Part shown: piece by piece, positions 40,000 to 50,293 of the stretch | How positions within the stretch are numbered: the first letter of the stretch is position 1 | Layout: each line of letters begins with the position of its first letter | Source of the DNA: a virus | IMG/VR virus record: IMGVR_UViG_2571042447_000001 | DNA length: 64,000 bases | Direction: 5' to 3' (one strand) | Made by a program: the position numbers and the translations under genes | Notes under the pieces: generated by a model | Seen by the model: the letters and a program-made list of their open reading frames with translations, nothing else | Databases searched by the model: none | What the model was told of the DNA's origin: nothing

Positions 40000-40376
40000 G
40001 TGTGAACCTCCTTGGTGGCCAGAAGGATGAGGCGGGATTTCGGTATCCGGTTTGCGCAGCGGATTTCGTTGGGCGCGGTTCCGTAGAACGGGAGTACGAA
40101 GATTTCGTCGCTGCGATCGAGTCGGACTTGCCAAAGATCCCACGACGGAATGTGTTTCATCCATCGCATGCCAGCGGAGTACCGCCAGGCGGTCGCGGCG
40201 TCCGCGCTCATGCACACCATCGGTCTGGCGTCACCGGCCCCGGCTTCGTCGAGGCCACCGACTGTGATCCCGGATCCGACTGTCGGTTTGGAGCCGGGAC
40301 GTAGGCCGTGGCGTGTGATGGATTTGCGTCGGTCGGTCGGCGCCCAGTGGTAGAGGTCCGGCAGATGCAGTGTCAT
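39996..40376 (-). CDS. Small ADP-ribosyltransferase/Tpt1-like fold protein
   Basis: LYHWAP...SITRHGLRP, VCMS and NEIRCANRIP resemble the H-S-E/H-H-h ART strand pattern. Confidence 0.5.
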   Translation of the reverse strand: MTLHLPDLYHWAPTDRRKSITRHGLRPGSKPTVGSGITVGGLDEAGAGDARPMVCMSADAATAWRYSAGMRWMKHIPSWDLWQVRLDRSDEIFVLPFYGTAPNEIRCANRIPKSRLILLATKEVHT

Positions 40377-40633
40377 TCGTCTTCGTCCGAACCGGCCAGC
40401 TCGCCCCAGTATTCATCGGATTCGATGAGCAATCCGCGGTTGACGTGCGGCAGAACGCTCGTCGAGAAATGCCCGTAGTGGCCGAGATGTTCGGCTTGAT
40501 CAGTCATCGGCATGCTGTGAACGCACAGCACGAAGTCCCCTGCCCGGTAGTCTTCGCCGAGTACCGACATCGCGAGGTTCGACACGGCTTGCTCGACGGC
40601 GCGCCATTCGTCACTGTCCCGGTAGGTTGCCAT
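40373..40633 (-). CDS. Hypothetical protein
   Basis: 86-aa coupled ORF. Confidence 0.55.
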   Translation of the reverse strand: MATYRDSDEWRAVEQAVSNLAMSVLGEDYRAGDFVLCVHSMPMTDQAEHLGHYGHFSTSVLPHVNRGLLIESDEYWGELAGSDEDE

Positions 40634-40756
40634 CGGTTTCCTTCTCTCTCATCGCTGCCCGGTATCCGGTGTCGTAGCCGTCGTTGAAGATGTGTGCGCG
40701 TAGTTCGTCGATGTCGCGTTGCATTGCCGGATCGAGCGGCGGGATTTTGGCGGCCA

Positions 40757-41352
40757 TCACTCGCTCTTGCTCGGAGTGAGGGTGGAGCCGGCCGGGGCGG
40801 TGACCTCGAGGAGCGTCGAGTAGTGCTCTCCCCTATCGTGCCGCTGGCTGACCGAGGTCGGCCACTTCGGGAGCGGTGTTGCTTCGTCGACCTGTCCGAT
40901 GGCGAAGTTCCAGCAGCCGTTGTCGGCGTACCAGCCGGAGACCAACATCTTCTGTTTGCCGTCGGGTGCGGTGATGGTCGCAGTCCACATCGAGTTGAAC
41001 TGGCTGAACTCCTCGCGCACGGCGCCGTCGACTTCGATGCAATCGTCGGATTCGCCCCAGAACAGGAATGTCGCGGTGGGCTTTTCGGACGCCGGTCGCA
41101 CTTCGATGATGTTCGGTCGATCGGTTCGGGCGGTCAGTCCGACTGCCTCGTCGAACGTGACCCGGAATTCGTCTTCGGGTTCATCGCCGCGGAACGGGAT
41201 CGAGTTGTGATGCGAATGCACCGACGCGTACGCGGCCATCGTCTGCAGGTAGGTGAGCAGGTACTCGGCGTCGTCGGTTCGGCCGTCGAGTCGGAGTTCC
41301 CGGACTCGTTGGAAGGCGAAGTCGATGCCGTTGGTGTGGGTGACGATCTTCA
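40757..41352 (-). CDS. Hypothetical protein
   Basis: MKIVTHTNGIDFAFQR...FWGESDDCIEVDG...YADNGCW. Confidence 0.6.
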
Positions 41353-41523
41353 TTGGTTGTCTCCGGGGAGGATTCCCAGCATGGCGAGCATGGTGGTGGC
41401 GTCGTCTGCGTGATCGGCTGCGGCGCAGACCGCGAGGCGCGCTTTGTGGATGGTCTCGTCTGACAGCGGTTGGGCGAGGAGGAATCCGTCGCCCAACCGT
41501 GTCTCTTCGGGATGGCTCATGGC

Positions 41524-42090
41524 CTACTTCGGTAGGTCCTCGATGCGGGTGTTGCCGAGGGGTTGGACATCCTGTCGTGCGAGCGGCGCGTCGTAGAGCA
41601 GGACGTTGATACCGAGGCCTGCGGTGTATTCGATGTATGCGCCGCTGGTGGCGTCCTTGCCGTAGTAGGCGTTGCAGCCGCCGCTGCCCGATGACCAGGT
41701 GCCGTCCATGCTGGGTCGGGGTACGACGACCTTGCCGTTTTCGCTGCTGTTGATTTCGTACGTCGGAACGAGGCTCGTGCAGTAGTTGACGGGCAGTCCT
41801 TCGAGTACGTAGTAGCCGAGCAGCTTCCCGTCGGCGGACTGCAGGTAGACGTAGGACAGTTTGCCGGGGTTCTTTCCCCAGGTGTCGATCCAGAAGTTCT
41901 TCGTCGCGCGGGTCGGCGAGAAATCCATGCTGTGTGCGGGCTGGTTCGCGACGAGCTTGTCGTAGGTGTTGTCGACAGTGGCGCGTTCGGAGTTGCGGGA
42001 GTCCGATTCGTTCGGTCCGCATCCGGCGAGGAGTGCGATGGAGGTGATGCCGGCGGCGCACGTGGCGGCGAGTCGAGTCATTTTGCGCAT
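41524..42090 (-). CDS. Phage lipoprotein
   Basis: Signal peptide with lipobox IALLAGC. Confidence 0.75.
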   Translation of the reverse strand: MRKMTRLAATCAAGITSIALLAGCGPNESDSRNSERATVDNTYDKLVANQPAHSMDFSPTRATKNFWIDTWGKNPGKLSYVYLQSADGKLLGYYVLEGLPVNYCTSLVPTYEINSSENGKVVVPRPSMDGTWSSGSGGCNAYYGKDATSGAYIEYTAGLGINVLLYDAPLARQDVQPLGNTRIEDLPK

Positions 42091-42533
42091 GTTGTGTGGT
42101 CCTGTGTCGGGTCGATGGCGTACGGGAGGCTGCTGGCCAGGAAGTTCGCGAGTGTGTCGGTCTTGGCGGCGTCGGCGTTGTAGCGGGCGATGTCGGCGGC
42201 GCGTCCGGCACGAACAGCGGTGAGGGTGGAGTTGATCTGTGCGACGCGTTCAGGGGTCGCGTCTTTCGCTTCGGTGGTCAGGAACGCGATAGTCGCTTCC
42301 TTGCTTTGGATTTCGGCGCACCGGTTGAAGAACTGGTCGTACGCGGCGATGCGGTATGCACCGTTGGCGTGGACTTGTTCGGTGGCGGCGACTCCGCCTC
42401 GGAAGTCGGCGGTTTCTTTCTTGAAGAGTCCGATGCCGAGTGTTGCCATGCCTCCGACGACGAGGACGACGACGAAAAGAAGTACTCCGGCGAAGATGAA
42501 GGCGCGGTAGTCGCGCCAGTCGTTGTGGTTCAT
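42078..42533 (-). CDS. Membrane protein, partner of the lipoprotein
   Basis: N-terminal transmembrane segment AFIFAGVLLFVVVLVVGG; overlaps the lipoprotein start. Confidence 0.7.
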   Translation of the reverse strand: MNHNDWRDYRAFIFAGVLLFVVVLVVGGMATLGIGLFKKETADFRGGVAATEQVHANGAYRIAAYDQFFNRCAEIQSKEATIAFLTTEAKDATPERVAQINSTLTAVRAGRAADIARYNADAAKTDTLANFLASSLPYAIDPTQDHTTCAK

Positions 42534-42789
42534 CGGCGGTTCTTCCTCCGGGAATTGCGGGCGGCACGGTTCTTGGCGCGGCGTTCGGCTTTCGTTGCGG
42601 CGTCGAGGCTTCCGCTGTAGACGTGCTTGCGGGGGTCCTGCAGGCCGCGGAGGATCTGGTTGCTCATGCTCAGCCGATGCCGCTCGGGTGCGGGTGTTTC
42701 GTCCATGGGTTCTCGGTTTCTGTGTGGCCCAGGCCGGGGCGAGGTGTCTTCCTCACCCGCCCCGGCCGGGCGTCATGGGGTGGAGCGGA

Positions 42790-43653
42790 TCAGATCGCGG
42801 TGACCGACTGCGGCGCTTTGCCTTGCAGCAGCAGATGCCCTTCGCCGAGGTCGGTGCCGATCTGGCTCAGGACGGTGGCGAATGCGGCTCGCACGACTTC
42901 GTCGGGGTTGTCGAGTCGGTACCCGAGGCCGAGTCCGTCCTTGTCTGCGTTGTAGCGGAGGTCGGCGCCCAACTTGAATGCGGTACCGCCGAGGAACACT
43001 GGGAGGTTCAGCTCGAAGCGTTCGGGGATCTCGATGTTCCCCTTCACTCCGGCTCCGGCTTTGGTCTCTTCGTGGTAGGTGAATTGGACGTCTCCGGACT
43101 GCAGGCGGACTCCCGATTCGTAGGAGACGTTGCGCTTGGCTTTGAAGGTCTGTGCGATCTCCATGAGCGTTGCGGCGTCCGGGGACAGGATCGAGCGGCG
43201 CCCGTCGGAGAGGTGCTGCGCGAAGGTCGACTGCGTGACGAGTTTGTTGTCGAGGGATTTCCACAGCAGCCATTCGGGGCTTCGCTGCATGGCGAGGCTG
43301 ACGCGGTGGTCCTTCCAGTCGTCGAAGTTGAGGATTGCGGTGACGTTGAACTGGTCGACGTCGGCGAAGATGACGGCCTGTTCTGGTGTGGACCAGCGTC
43401 GGGTCTGTGCTGCGACGAGTTGGATGAACGATTCGGTGTCGGTGACCGTGGTTGTTCCTCGTTGACGGCGCGGCGCAGGGAGGTACTGCTCGAACGAGCT
43501 GGTGACCACCTTTTCGCCGCCGTAGCCTTCGGCGATCGTGAAGGTGTGGATGTCGATCGGGTCCGGGGTGACGGCTTGGCCTCGGTCGACGGACTGCTTT
43601 GCCAGGTTGGCGACTACTTCATTTTCTCTAGTGTCGCGATCTGCATTAGACAT
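42790..43653 (-). CDS. DUF2303-family protein
   Basis: DTESFI, AILN...W..HR, W..LDNKLVTQ..FA and IPERFEL.LPVF motifs. Confidence 0.75.
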   Translation of the reverse strand: MSNADRDTRENEVVANLAKQSVDRGQAVTPDPIDIHTFTIAEGYGGEKVVTSSFEQYLPAPRRQRGTTTVTDTESFIQLVAAQTRRWSTPEQAVIFADVDQFNVTAILNFDDWKDHRVSLAMQRSPEWLLWKSLDNKLVTQSTFAQHLSDGRRSILSPDAATLMEIAQTFKAKRNVSYESGVRLQSGDVQFTYHEETKAGAGVKGNIEIPERFELNLPVFLGGTAFKLGADLRYNADKDGLGLGYRLDNPDEVVRAAFATVLSQIGTDLGEGHLLLQGKAPQSVTAI

Positions 43654-43658
43654 CTTGG

Positions 43659-44027
43659 TCAGGCTTCTTTCTTCTCGGTGGGGTCGGGTACTGCGGCCAT
43701 TCGGTTCTCGTTCGCTTCCCACATCGCCAGCTGGTGCGGATCCTGGCGGGTCGGGTTGCCTTCCTTGTCGACGAAGAACAGCGTTTCGGCGCGCTCGGCC
43801 TGCGGGAGCTTCGCGGTGACGTTCGTCGAGAACCGAAGCATGTCGGTCTTGTTGTCCGGTGTGATCTTGATCGAGAGGTTCAGTGCGCCACCCTTGCCGG
43901 TGCTGCGCGCCGCTGCGATCAGTTCGTGGAGGCGGTCGGTGAGCTCGTTGTGCACTCTGCCTTTGTCGAGTTCTTGCAGTGTCGCTGCGAATGCGCGCGC
44001 AACCTGCTCGTCGGTGGTGTCACTCAT
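43659..44027 (-). CDS. Conserved hypothetical partner of DUF2303
   Basis: FAATLQELDKGRVHNELT...TGKGG.L.L.I...K pattern. Confidence 0.7.
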   Translation of the reverse strand: MSDTTDEQVARAFAATLQELDKGRVHNELTDRLHELIAAARSTGKGGALNLSIKITPDNKTDMLRFSTNVTAKLPQAERAETLFFVDKEGNPTRQDPHQLAMWEANENRMAAVPDPTEKKEA

Positions 44028-44350
44028 CGGTGGTGCTCTTTCCTGTCGGCGATGTATGCCCGCGCGGCTGCGAGGGCGTCGGACTTGCTGTCTGCGATGA
44101 AGATGTCGTTGGCGGTGGCCCGGTCCAATTTGAGGAGTTGGCGGGCCAGGTCGTAGATCCCGATGTCTTCGTCGTGGTACGTGGCCCATGTTTTGAAACC
44201 GGTCCCGTTGATGGCGGCGCCGGCAAAAATGCAGAGCCATCCGGCGATGCCGCCGACTGTTCCGTCGTGCCAGTGGCATTCGGTGTGCTTGTCGGGGTTC
44301 TCTTCCAGGTAGAGAACTGTCGCTTCGAGTAGTTGCAGGGGGTTGCGCAA
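44024..44350 (-). CDS. Hypothetical protein (paralog of 46165-46512)
   Basis: TTG start after GAAAGG; YLEENPDKH...W...GT..GIAG. Confidence 0.55.
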   Translation of the reverse strand: MRNPLQLLEATVLYLEENPDKHTECHWHDGTVGGIAGWLCIFAGAAINGTGFKTWATYHDEDIGIYDLARQLLKLDRATANDIFIADSKSDALAAARAYIADRKEHHR

Positions 44351-44384
44351 CGGTCGGGCCTTTCGGGGATGTGCCGGTTGGCGG

Positions 44385-44837
44385 CTAGAACGGTGGTTCG
44401 TCGCTACTCGCGCCGCTGTACCCGTTGCTGGTGCCGCCGCCGTAGGTTCCCTGTCCTCCCCCGTCGTTTTTCGCGGTGCGAGTTGCTTTGGCGGTGGCGT
44501 TCTTGAGGTTCGGGCCGATCGCATAGATGGCGAGCGTGACCGAGAAGCCTTGGCCGGTGCCGTCGCGTTTGTCGTAGGTGTCGGTGTCGAGTTCGCCGGA
44601 GACGATCACTTCGTCGCCTTTGCTCAGCGATTCGGCGATGTTCTCGGCGAACTGTTCCCAGGCGGTGCCTTTGACGAACAGCGTCGGTCCGTCTTTCCAT
44701 TCCTGGGTGGCACGGTCCTTGATTCTCTTGTTGAACGCGAGGTCGAGGTTGACGACGGCTTTGCCGCCGCCGGTGAATCGGATCTCGGGATCACGGGTGA
44801 GGCGGGCGGTTTCACCTCGGATGACTGGTAGTGCCAT
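44385..44837 (-). CDS. ssb: Single-stranded DNA-binding protein
   Basis: LTRDPEIRFT.GG.AV, AENIAESLSKGDEVIVSG and acidic DEPPF tail. Confidence 0.92.
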   Translation of the reverse strand: MALPVIRGETARLTRDPEIRFTGGGKAVVNLDLAFNKRIKDRATQEWKDGPTLFVKGTAWEQFAENIAESLSKGDEVIVSGELDTDTYDKRDGTGQGFSVTLAIYAIGPNLKNATAKATRTAKNDGGGQGTYGGGTSNGYSGASSDEPPF

Positions 44838-44839
44838 GG

Positions 44840-45160
44840 TCAGTCTGCTTTCTTCTTGTTGTGCCATTCGGTGACGTGCCGGGCGACGAGTTTCAGTGTC
44901 GGGTCGCGCACCCAGCGTTTGGCTTCGTCGAGGGTGCACGGGACGATGAGTCCGTCGGGCCAGCGGAGTCCGTATTCGATGGTCGGTTCTGGCGCTGTTT
45001 GGCCGAGTGGTGCTGTCGCGATGGTCTTTTCGAGTTGGTCCGCGAAGTTCGCGTACTGCGTCGCTTCGCGGGTTCGGCCGCGGTGGTAGAGCTTGCGGGC
45101 GGTGACCTTCCAGTGCTCTGCGAGTGCCTGGAACTCGGCGAGAGCGTCGCGGGCGGGCAT
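44840..45160 (-). CDS. Hypothetical protein
   Basis: 106-aa ORF with RBS. Confidence 0.5.
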   Translation of the reverse strand: MPARDALAEFQALAEHWKVTARKLYHRGRTREATQYANFADQLEKTIATAPLGQTAPEPTIEYGLRWPDGLIVPCTLDEAKRWVRDPTLKLVARHVTEWHNKKKAD

Positions 45161-46164
45161 GCTCAGCTCATTCCTCTCGTTGGTTTGCCGTCGATGTCGG
45201 TCAGTGGACCGGTTCGAGCTGTTTGGTTTCCAGGGCTGCGACGACGGCGGGGATCAGGTCGGTTGCGGCCGATTTCAGGTCGGCGGGCAGGTCCGGCCAG
45301 TCCGGGTCGCCGGGCTCGCGGTCGAGGTCGTAGGCCTGCCGGATCAGGTGTTCGGCGTGTTCCTCGAGGGTCATCGGACCCACCCTGCTGGTTGGCGAGG
45401 ACGTCGGCGATGGCGCGGGCTTCGTCGGGGGTGAGTCGTGTGCCGGTGGCGAAGCGGGCGCAGACGCGCAGGTCGTAGGCCAGGTCCGTGATCATTTCCT
45501 CGTGCTGGGCGACGGTGGGACCGCAGACGTGGACGGCGTTCGGGGTGCGGCCGGGCGTTTCGGTCATCGGGGCACGCTCGCGGTGAGTGCGATGAGGAGG
45601 CCGAAGATGCCGGCGATGCCGACAGCGAGGGCTGCGGTGAGCGGGAGTGCGCTGCCGAGATCCATGAGTGATGCGGCGGTGAGTGCGGCGCCGATGGTCG
45701 CGATGGCGGTCGCGGCTGTGAGTTTGGCGTTCATGCGCTGGCCTGTTCTGTGGTGGCTTCCCAGAGGATGTAGCCGAGGGTGGATTTTCCTGCCCTGCGG
45801 ATGCGCCCCTGTTTGTGTGCGAGTCGGACTAGTGAGTTGGTGGCGTATTTGCTGTCGCCTTCGGGGAGCGATTCACAGGTGAACGGCTGCCGTGTGGCGA
45901 TGAGTCGGTCGATGGTGCGTTGTACGTGGAGGTTCCGGCCGAGCAGCGGTGGTTGGTAGTTGGCTGTCCGGAGGTGTTTGCGAAGGGTCTCCCGGTCGAG
46001 GCCGAGCCGTTCGGCGATGACGTCTTCGGGGTGGCCAGTGATGTGGAGCCAGTGGTAGTTGTCGGCCACGATGTGGGGGTCATGGCCGACGGTGCGTGGT
46101 GGGGCTTTGGGTGCGGGTACGAGGTCGTCGAAGCTGATGTCGGCTTCTACCTCGAAGGTGGTGC

Positions 46165-46512
46165 TCATAGCTGGACGAGGGCTGCGTCGCGTTCGTCTTC
46201 GGCGCGGTCGATGTATTCGCGGAAGAGGAGCAGCGCTGCCTCGTTGTCGGGGCAGTGAAACAGTCGGTCGGCTTCCCAAGCGGTGAGTCCGAGCAGTTTG
46301 CGGGCTTTGCGGGCGATCGCCCCGGTGAGACCGAAAGCAGGGATGATCTCGTATCCGGCGAGGTGGCAGGCGGTTCCGGCGATGCATCGGACGGTGCCGC
46401 ATGGCGTGGTCTTCGTCCACTGCCCTTGGTTGTGTTCGTCGGGGTGATCGATGAGGTACTGGTAGACCTCTTCGGCGAATTCGATGTTGAGGGTGCAGGT
46501 TTCGGGACTCAT
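46165..46512 (-). CDS. Hypothetical protein (paralog of 44024-44350)
   Basis: YLIDHPDEHNQGQW....CGTVRCIAG. Confidence 0.6.
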   Translation of the reverse strand: MSPETCTLNIEFAEEVYQYLIDHPDEHNQGQWTKTTPCGTVRCIAGTACHLAGYEIIPAFGLTGAIARKARKLLGLTAWEADRLFHCPDNEAALLLFREYIDRAEDERDAALVQL

Positions 46513-47473
46513 GACAGGTGCCCGTTGATCCAGAGGTGCCAGCGGCAGATTTCGATAGACAGTCCGGCTTCCCGGTTGAACTCGGGGTCGTCGGTGATTG
46601 CCTGGATGCGCTCGGGCAGTTCGTCGAGAGTGCCGCTGTCGTCGCGATCGGTGTGGTCGGTGCCGGTGTGCCAATCGGCGATCCATGCGTGTGGCTCGGT
46701 GAGGTTGAGCCAGGACGTGTCGGCGGTGATGGTGATGGCGACGTCGCGTTGGTTGGTGTCGATGCCGAGTTCGGTGAGCGCGGCTCGTTCGTTGTCGGTG
46801 AGGTGGACGTTGCGGACGAGTGCGGTGGTCACAGTTTCAGCTCCTTGCCTGCGGCGATCATGCTGCGCCGTGCTTCGGCGTGGATCATGGCGCGCTGGTC
46901 GGCTTTGAATGACTGCAACGGCGTTTCGCGGTGGATGCGGTTCGCGAGGGTTTCGACAGCGATGGGTTCGCGGTTGTCGGTGGGCCGGAATGTGTGCCGG
47001 GCTCTGCGGTTTTTGGGGGTGTTCATTGTGGGTGTCCTCTCGGATTGTTCGCCCTGCCAGGGGCATTGCCATTCTATCCGGTTTCTGTGTGTTGTGTTGG
47101 ATAGTAGACGACCGGATGTCGCGATGGATAGTAGACACCTGATTCAGGCGTCTACCGGGTCGTTCTCGTACCATTCGGGTCGACGCGGGGTGTTGCCGAA
47201 CGGGTTGTCGGCGGCGTTCCAGAACGGGTTGTGAGTGTCCGGATAGTCGCCGTAGTGGGCGCGTTCGATTTCGGCGCGGGCAACGGCGTCGAGTTGGGCC
47301 TCGTATCTCGGGCCTTCGTCGGCGCGGAGTTTGTCGAGTTGGGTTCGCGCGTCGGCGAGGTCTCGGATCGCTTGGTAGGCCTGGATCGCGTGGGCGTGTC
47401 GGCTTTCCGGGTGTTGTTTGATTGTCATTGGTTCACCTCCCTTGTGTTGTGGGACAGCTGGTTTCATGCACTG

Positions 47474-47503
47474 AGGTAACACTATGGGGGCATAGTGTGT
47501 CAA
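47474..47503 (-). promoter_or_regulatory. SigA-like promoter (leftward) with operator in the spacer
   Basis: TTGACA-N18-TTACCT; the spacer is CACTAT-GCCCCC-ATAGTG. Confidence 0.55.
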
Positions 47504-47737
47504 GTCCTCAGGGCCAATTCTGACTATTTGGTCATAGTGCCCCCTATTTGCCCTCAGGGGGCCAGAAAGTGCCATCCTGCCCCCTTGGGCACCCCAAGGG
47601 GCAATTGAGCCCCCAGGGGCCACCAGGGGGCCACCAGTGCAGTGTCCAGACTGACCACCAATCAGGGGGTAGCCACTCCCCTAGCTCCCACCTGGAGGCA
47701 TGACAAACCACCCTTGACCTGGGATCTAACCCAAGTG

Positions 47738-47767
47738 TTGACAGACTATGCACCCATAGTGCAAACT
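47738..47767 (+). promoter_or_regulatory. SigA-like promoter (rightward) with operator in the spacer
   Basis: TTGACA-GACTAT-GCACCC-ATAGTG-CAAACT, nearly identical to 21446-21475. Confidence 0.65.
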
Positions 47768-47984
47768 ATGGTCATGCCAGTGAGTGACAGTCACTGACAA
47801 GGCCACTGGAAGCCGGCAACGAAAGCCCGCCGGCAAGGCCGTAAGTCCCCCCAGTCTCAGCTGGGGTGCGGACACCGAATCTGGTCGGGTGAAATCCGCT
47901 CCCCCATGATCCTTGAGAACTCCACAGTGTGAGCACATTCGTGCACCCCATAGGACCACCCTCCACTCACGGAAGGTCACCCCT

Positions 47985-48227
47985 ATGCGAACAACCGCAA
48001 CCCTGGCAGAAAAAGCCCGTGAGCGCAACGCTCATCTCACCCCAGAACAGTTGCTTCACAACAAGATCCAGCGCGGCAAAATCCGGGTACACAGCACCCT
48101 CCGGGAACGACAGTTCCGGGACGGACTGGCCCTGCCGTCGGCATATCAGCAGCTCCTCGCACAACACGAACCGGCACTTCTCGGACAGTACGTCGCGAGA
48201 ATGCGGGAGTGGGGCGTCAAGCCCTAG
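47985..48227 (+). CDS. Hypothetical protein
   Basis: MRTTATLAEKARERN with upstream GGAAGG. Confidence 0.5.
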   Translation: MRTTATLAEKARERNAHLTPEQLLHNKIQRGKIRVHSTLRERQFRDGLALPSAYQQLLAQHEPALLGQYVARMREWGVKP

Positions 48228-48327
48228 CCCCGCCCATCACCGGCGGGTGGCCCCATAGGGTGCACGAAAAGCAGACATGAGCAGCCTTTAAGGGTTGTCG
48301 GCACGTCACCCCCACACAGGAGGAAAC

Positions 48328-48627
48328 ATGCCCACATCTCAGATCGCGAATCTCTTTGGCGCAGTAGCGGCACTCATGCTCATCACCGAACCGGACACCG
48401 CATTCGACATCGTGCCCGCTCGGTGCGACGAGCATGAGCAGTTCTACCTCGTTCAGATCCTCCAGGGCCACACGCCGCGATGGAAGGACCTTCCGTCCGG
48501 CATGTTCCCCGGGCAGCACCACCAGCACGTAAAGGCACGCAACCGCGCATGCGAACGTGCCAGCGTCGAGTACGTCCACGACGGCGACTGGCAAGTCGTC
48601 GAGGCGTTCGCAGCGTTCCACTACTGA
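48328..48627 (+). CDS. Hypothetical protein
   Basis: AGGAGG RBS before MPTSQIANLF. Confidence 0.6.
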   Translation: MPTSQIANLFGAVAALMLITEPDTAFDIVPARCDEHEQFYLVQILQGHTPRWKDLPSGMFPGQHHQHVKARNRACERASVEYVHDGDWQVVEAFAAFHY

Positions 48628-48734
48628 TCCACCCGCTCGACACCCCCTCTCCGGCCGGCAGCCCTTGATGGTTGCTCATGTCCCGTGTTGTGAACGGCTT
48701 TTTGGGCTCGTCGTCATCCCCTTAGGAGAACGAT

Positions 48735-48938
48735 ATGTCCGACTTCCGTGAAGATTTCGCTGCACTGTCCCACGTCCGGGCTCTCGAGGATCAGCTTCGC
48801 AAGCTGGTCACCGATCCTGTTTTGTGTGTACATTCTGCGTTGCTGCTCGATGCGTGTGAATCGCTCGACAGTCTCGCTCAGAACTTGATCGACAGTTCCG
48901 ACTCTCTCCAGCGCGCCCGTCTGCTCGTGGGCGCCTGA
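48735..48938 (+). CDS. Hypothetical protein
   Basis: AGGAG RBS; helical 67-aa ORF. Confidence 0.55.
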   Translation: MSDFREDFAALSHVRALEDQLRKLVTDPVLCVHSALLLDACESLDSLAQNLIDSSDSLQRARLLVGA

Positions 48939-49042
48939 CTCCCCTGTTTCGTCGTCCGGCGAGCCCTGATGGCTGTTCACAAGCCCCTACCGCCCGAGCT
49001 TCGGGTCGTAGGTCATCCCCCGAGTGGAGAGGAAACCCGATC

Positions 49043-49399
49043 ATGGGTGTTCAGGCAGTACGGATTGACACTGACGGCGCAGCGACGCTGGTAGACCTCG
49101 GCGACGACACGTTGAAGGGCTTCTATCGTGAGATCGATTGCAGGTCAGTGGATGTGGTGCGGCTCGTTCCCGACGAGGTCGACATGTGGATCGACGACGA
49201 AGGTCTGTGCGTCGCCGAGCCGGAAGTCAACCTGTTGGCAACGGCTCTTGCGCGGACCTTCGGGTACACGTGGCAGGCGTACTACGGGATCGTGGTGTTC
49301 ACGGCCACCGACGGTGAAGGCGAGACTGTCTCGTTGCCGGTTGTGTGGCAGGAACGGCTGCTGAGGATCGCGGCGCAGTTCGACGCGTCACCTGTGTGA
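49043..49399 (+). CDS. DUF3846-domain protein
   Basis: IDCRSVDVV...DMWIDDEG...VNLLAT...YGIVVFT pattern. Confidence 0.75.
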   Translation: MGVQAVRIDTDGAATLVDLGDDTLKGFYREIDCRSVDVVRLVPDEVDMWIDDEGLCVAEPEVNLLATALARTFGYTWQAYYGIVVFTATDGEGETVSLPVVWQERLLRIAAQFDASPV

Positions 49400-50293
49400 G
49401 TTCGGCGGGAGGAGCCCTGACGCAAGCGACGCGCCAGGGTTCGTCCCGTCGGTCACCTTTTCACACCGGCGCGACAGGTCGTCGGTGAACCCCGAGGAAG
49501 GAATCGAGCATGAATGAATGCGTCGTTGAGCCGAGTGTCCGCTCGCATGTGCGGCTGTCGCAGCCCTACTGCGATTACTTCGAGTGCGTGGCTACGCCGA
49601 CCGTCACCAACGGTGAGGCGGTGATGTGTCGGGGCCACGAGCCCGACGCGTACCGCACGCCGCCGTGGAGTCCGTGGCGTCCGATCGTCGAGGTTGCAGC
49701 CGGCCCGGTGCCGGGCGCGTGGCCGCATTGGGTTGCGTATTTCTGAGGTTGAAACCCCCTGCTGGGGGCGCTGGTTGCTCGTATCGGATGGGGATGCGAG
49801 ACGAGCAGCCTGCACTTCCAGCACGGAAGTTGTTACGAAGGAACGGAGAAAAGTTGTGAGTCTCGAGATAGTTTCGTCGGATTCGGAGCGCATTGTCGTG
49901 TCGATTGACCCGACAGGAACCGGCGATGTCAGTAAGCGGGTCGATGTGAGTCTGTACGTGCACGAGACGGGTGTCGTGACGATCGACATGGACGCTGGTT
50001 CGAAGGCGGACATCGATGTCGATGTGTACGACTTCACGGCGTTGATCGTGCGCAACGGAGAGGTCGCGGACCAGTGAAGTACTACGCAGAATTGGCGCGG
50101 TGGCACTACTTGCGCGTGAAGCAGCGGGCGCGGGGCCGGGTGATGCTGTGGGCGCTGGCGTACGACGCTCGCTGCATTCGTCGGGATCGTGAGCGCGCGG
50201 TTAAGCCTTGAGTGAATCGACAAGCGGCGCTGCACACCTCCGGTGTCTAGTGTCGAGGTAGATAACCATCAACTACGACGGACAGAGTACGAA

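Noticed and set aside
42523-44100. Long plus-strand ORF (525 aa) and similar antisense ORFs throughout the window
   Set aside because: These are shadow ORFs typical of high-GC DNA, lying opposite recognisable minus-strand genes.
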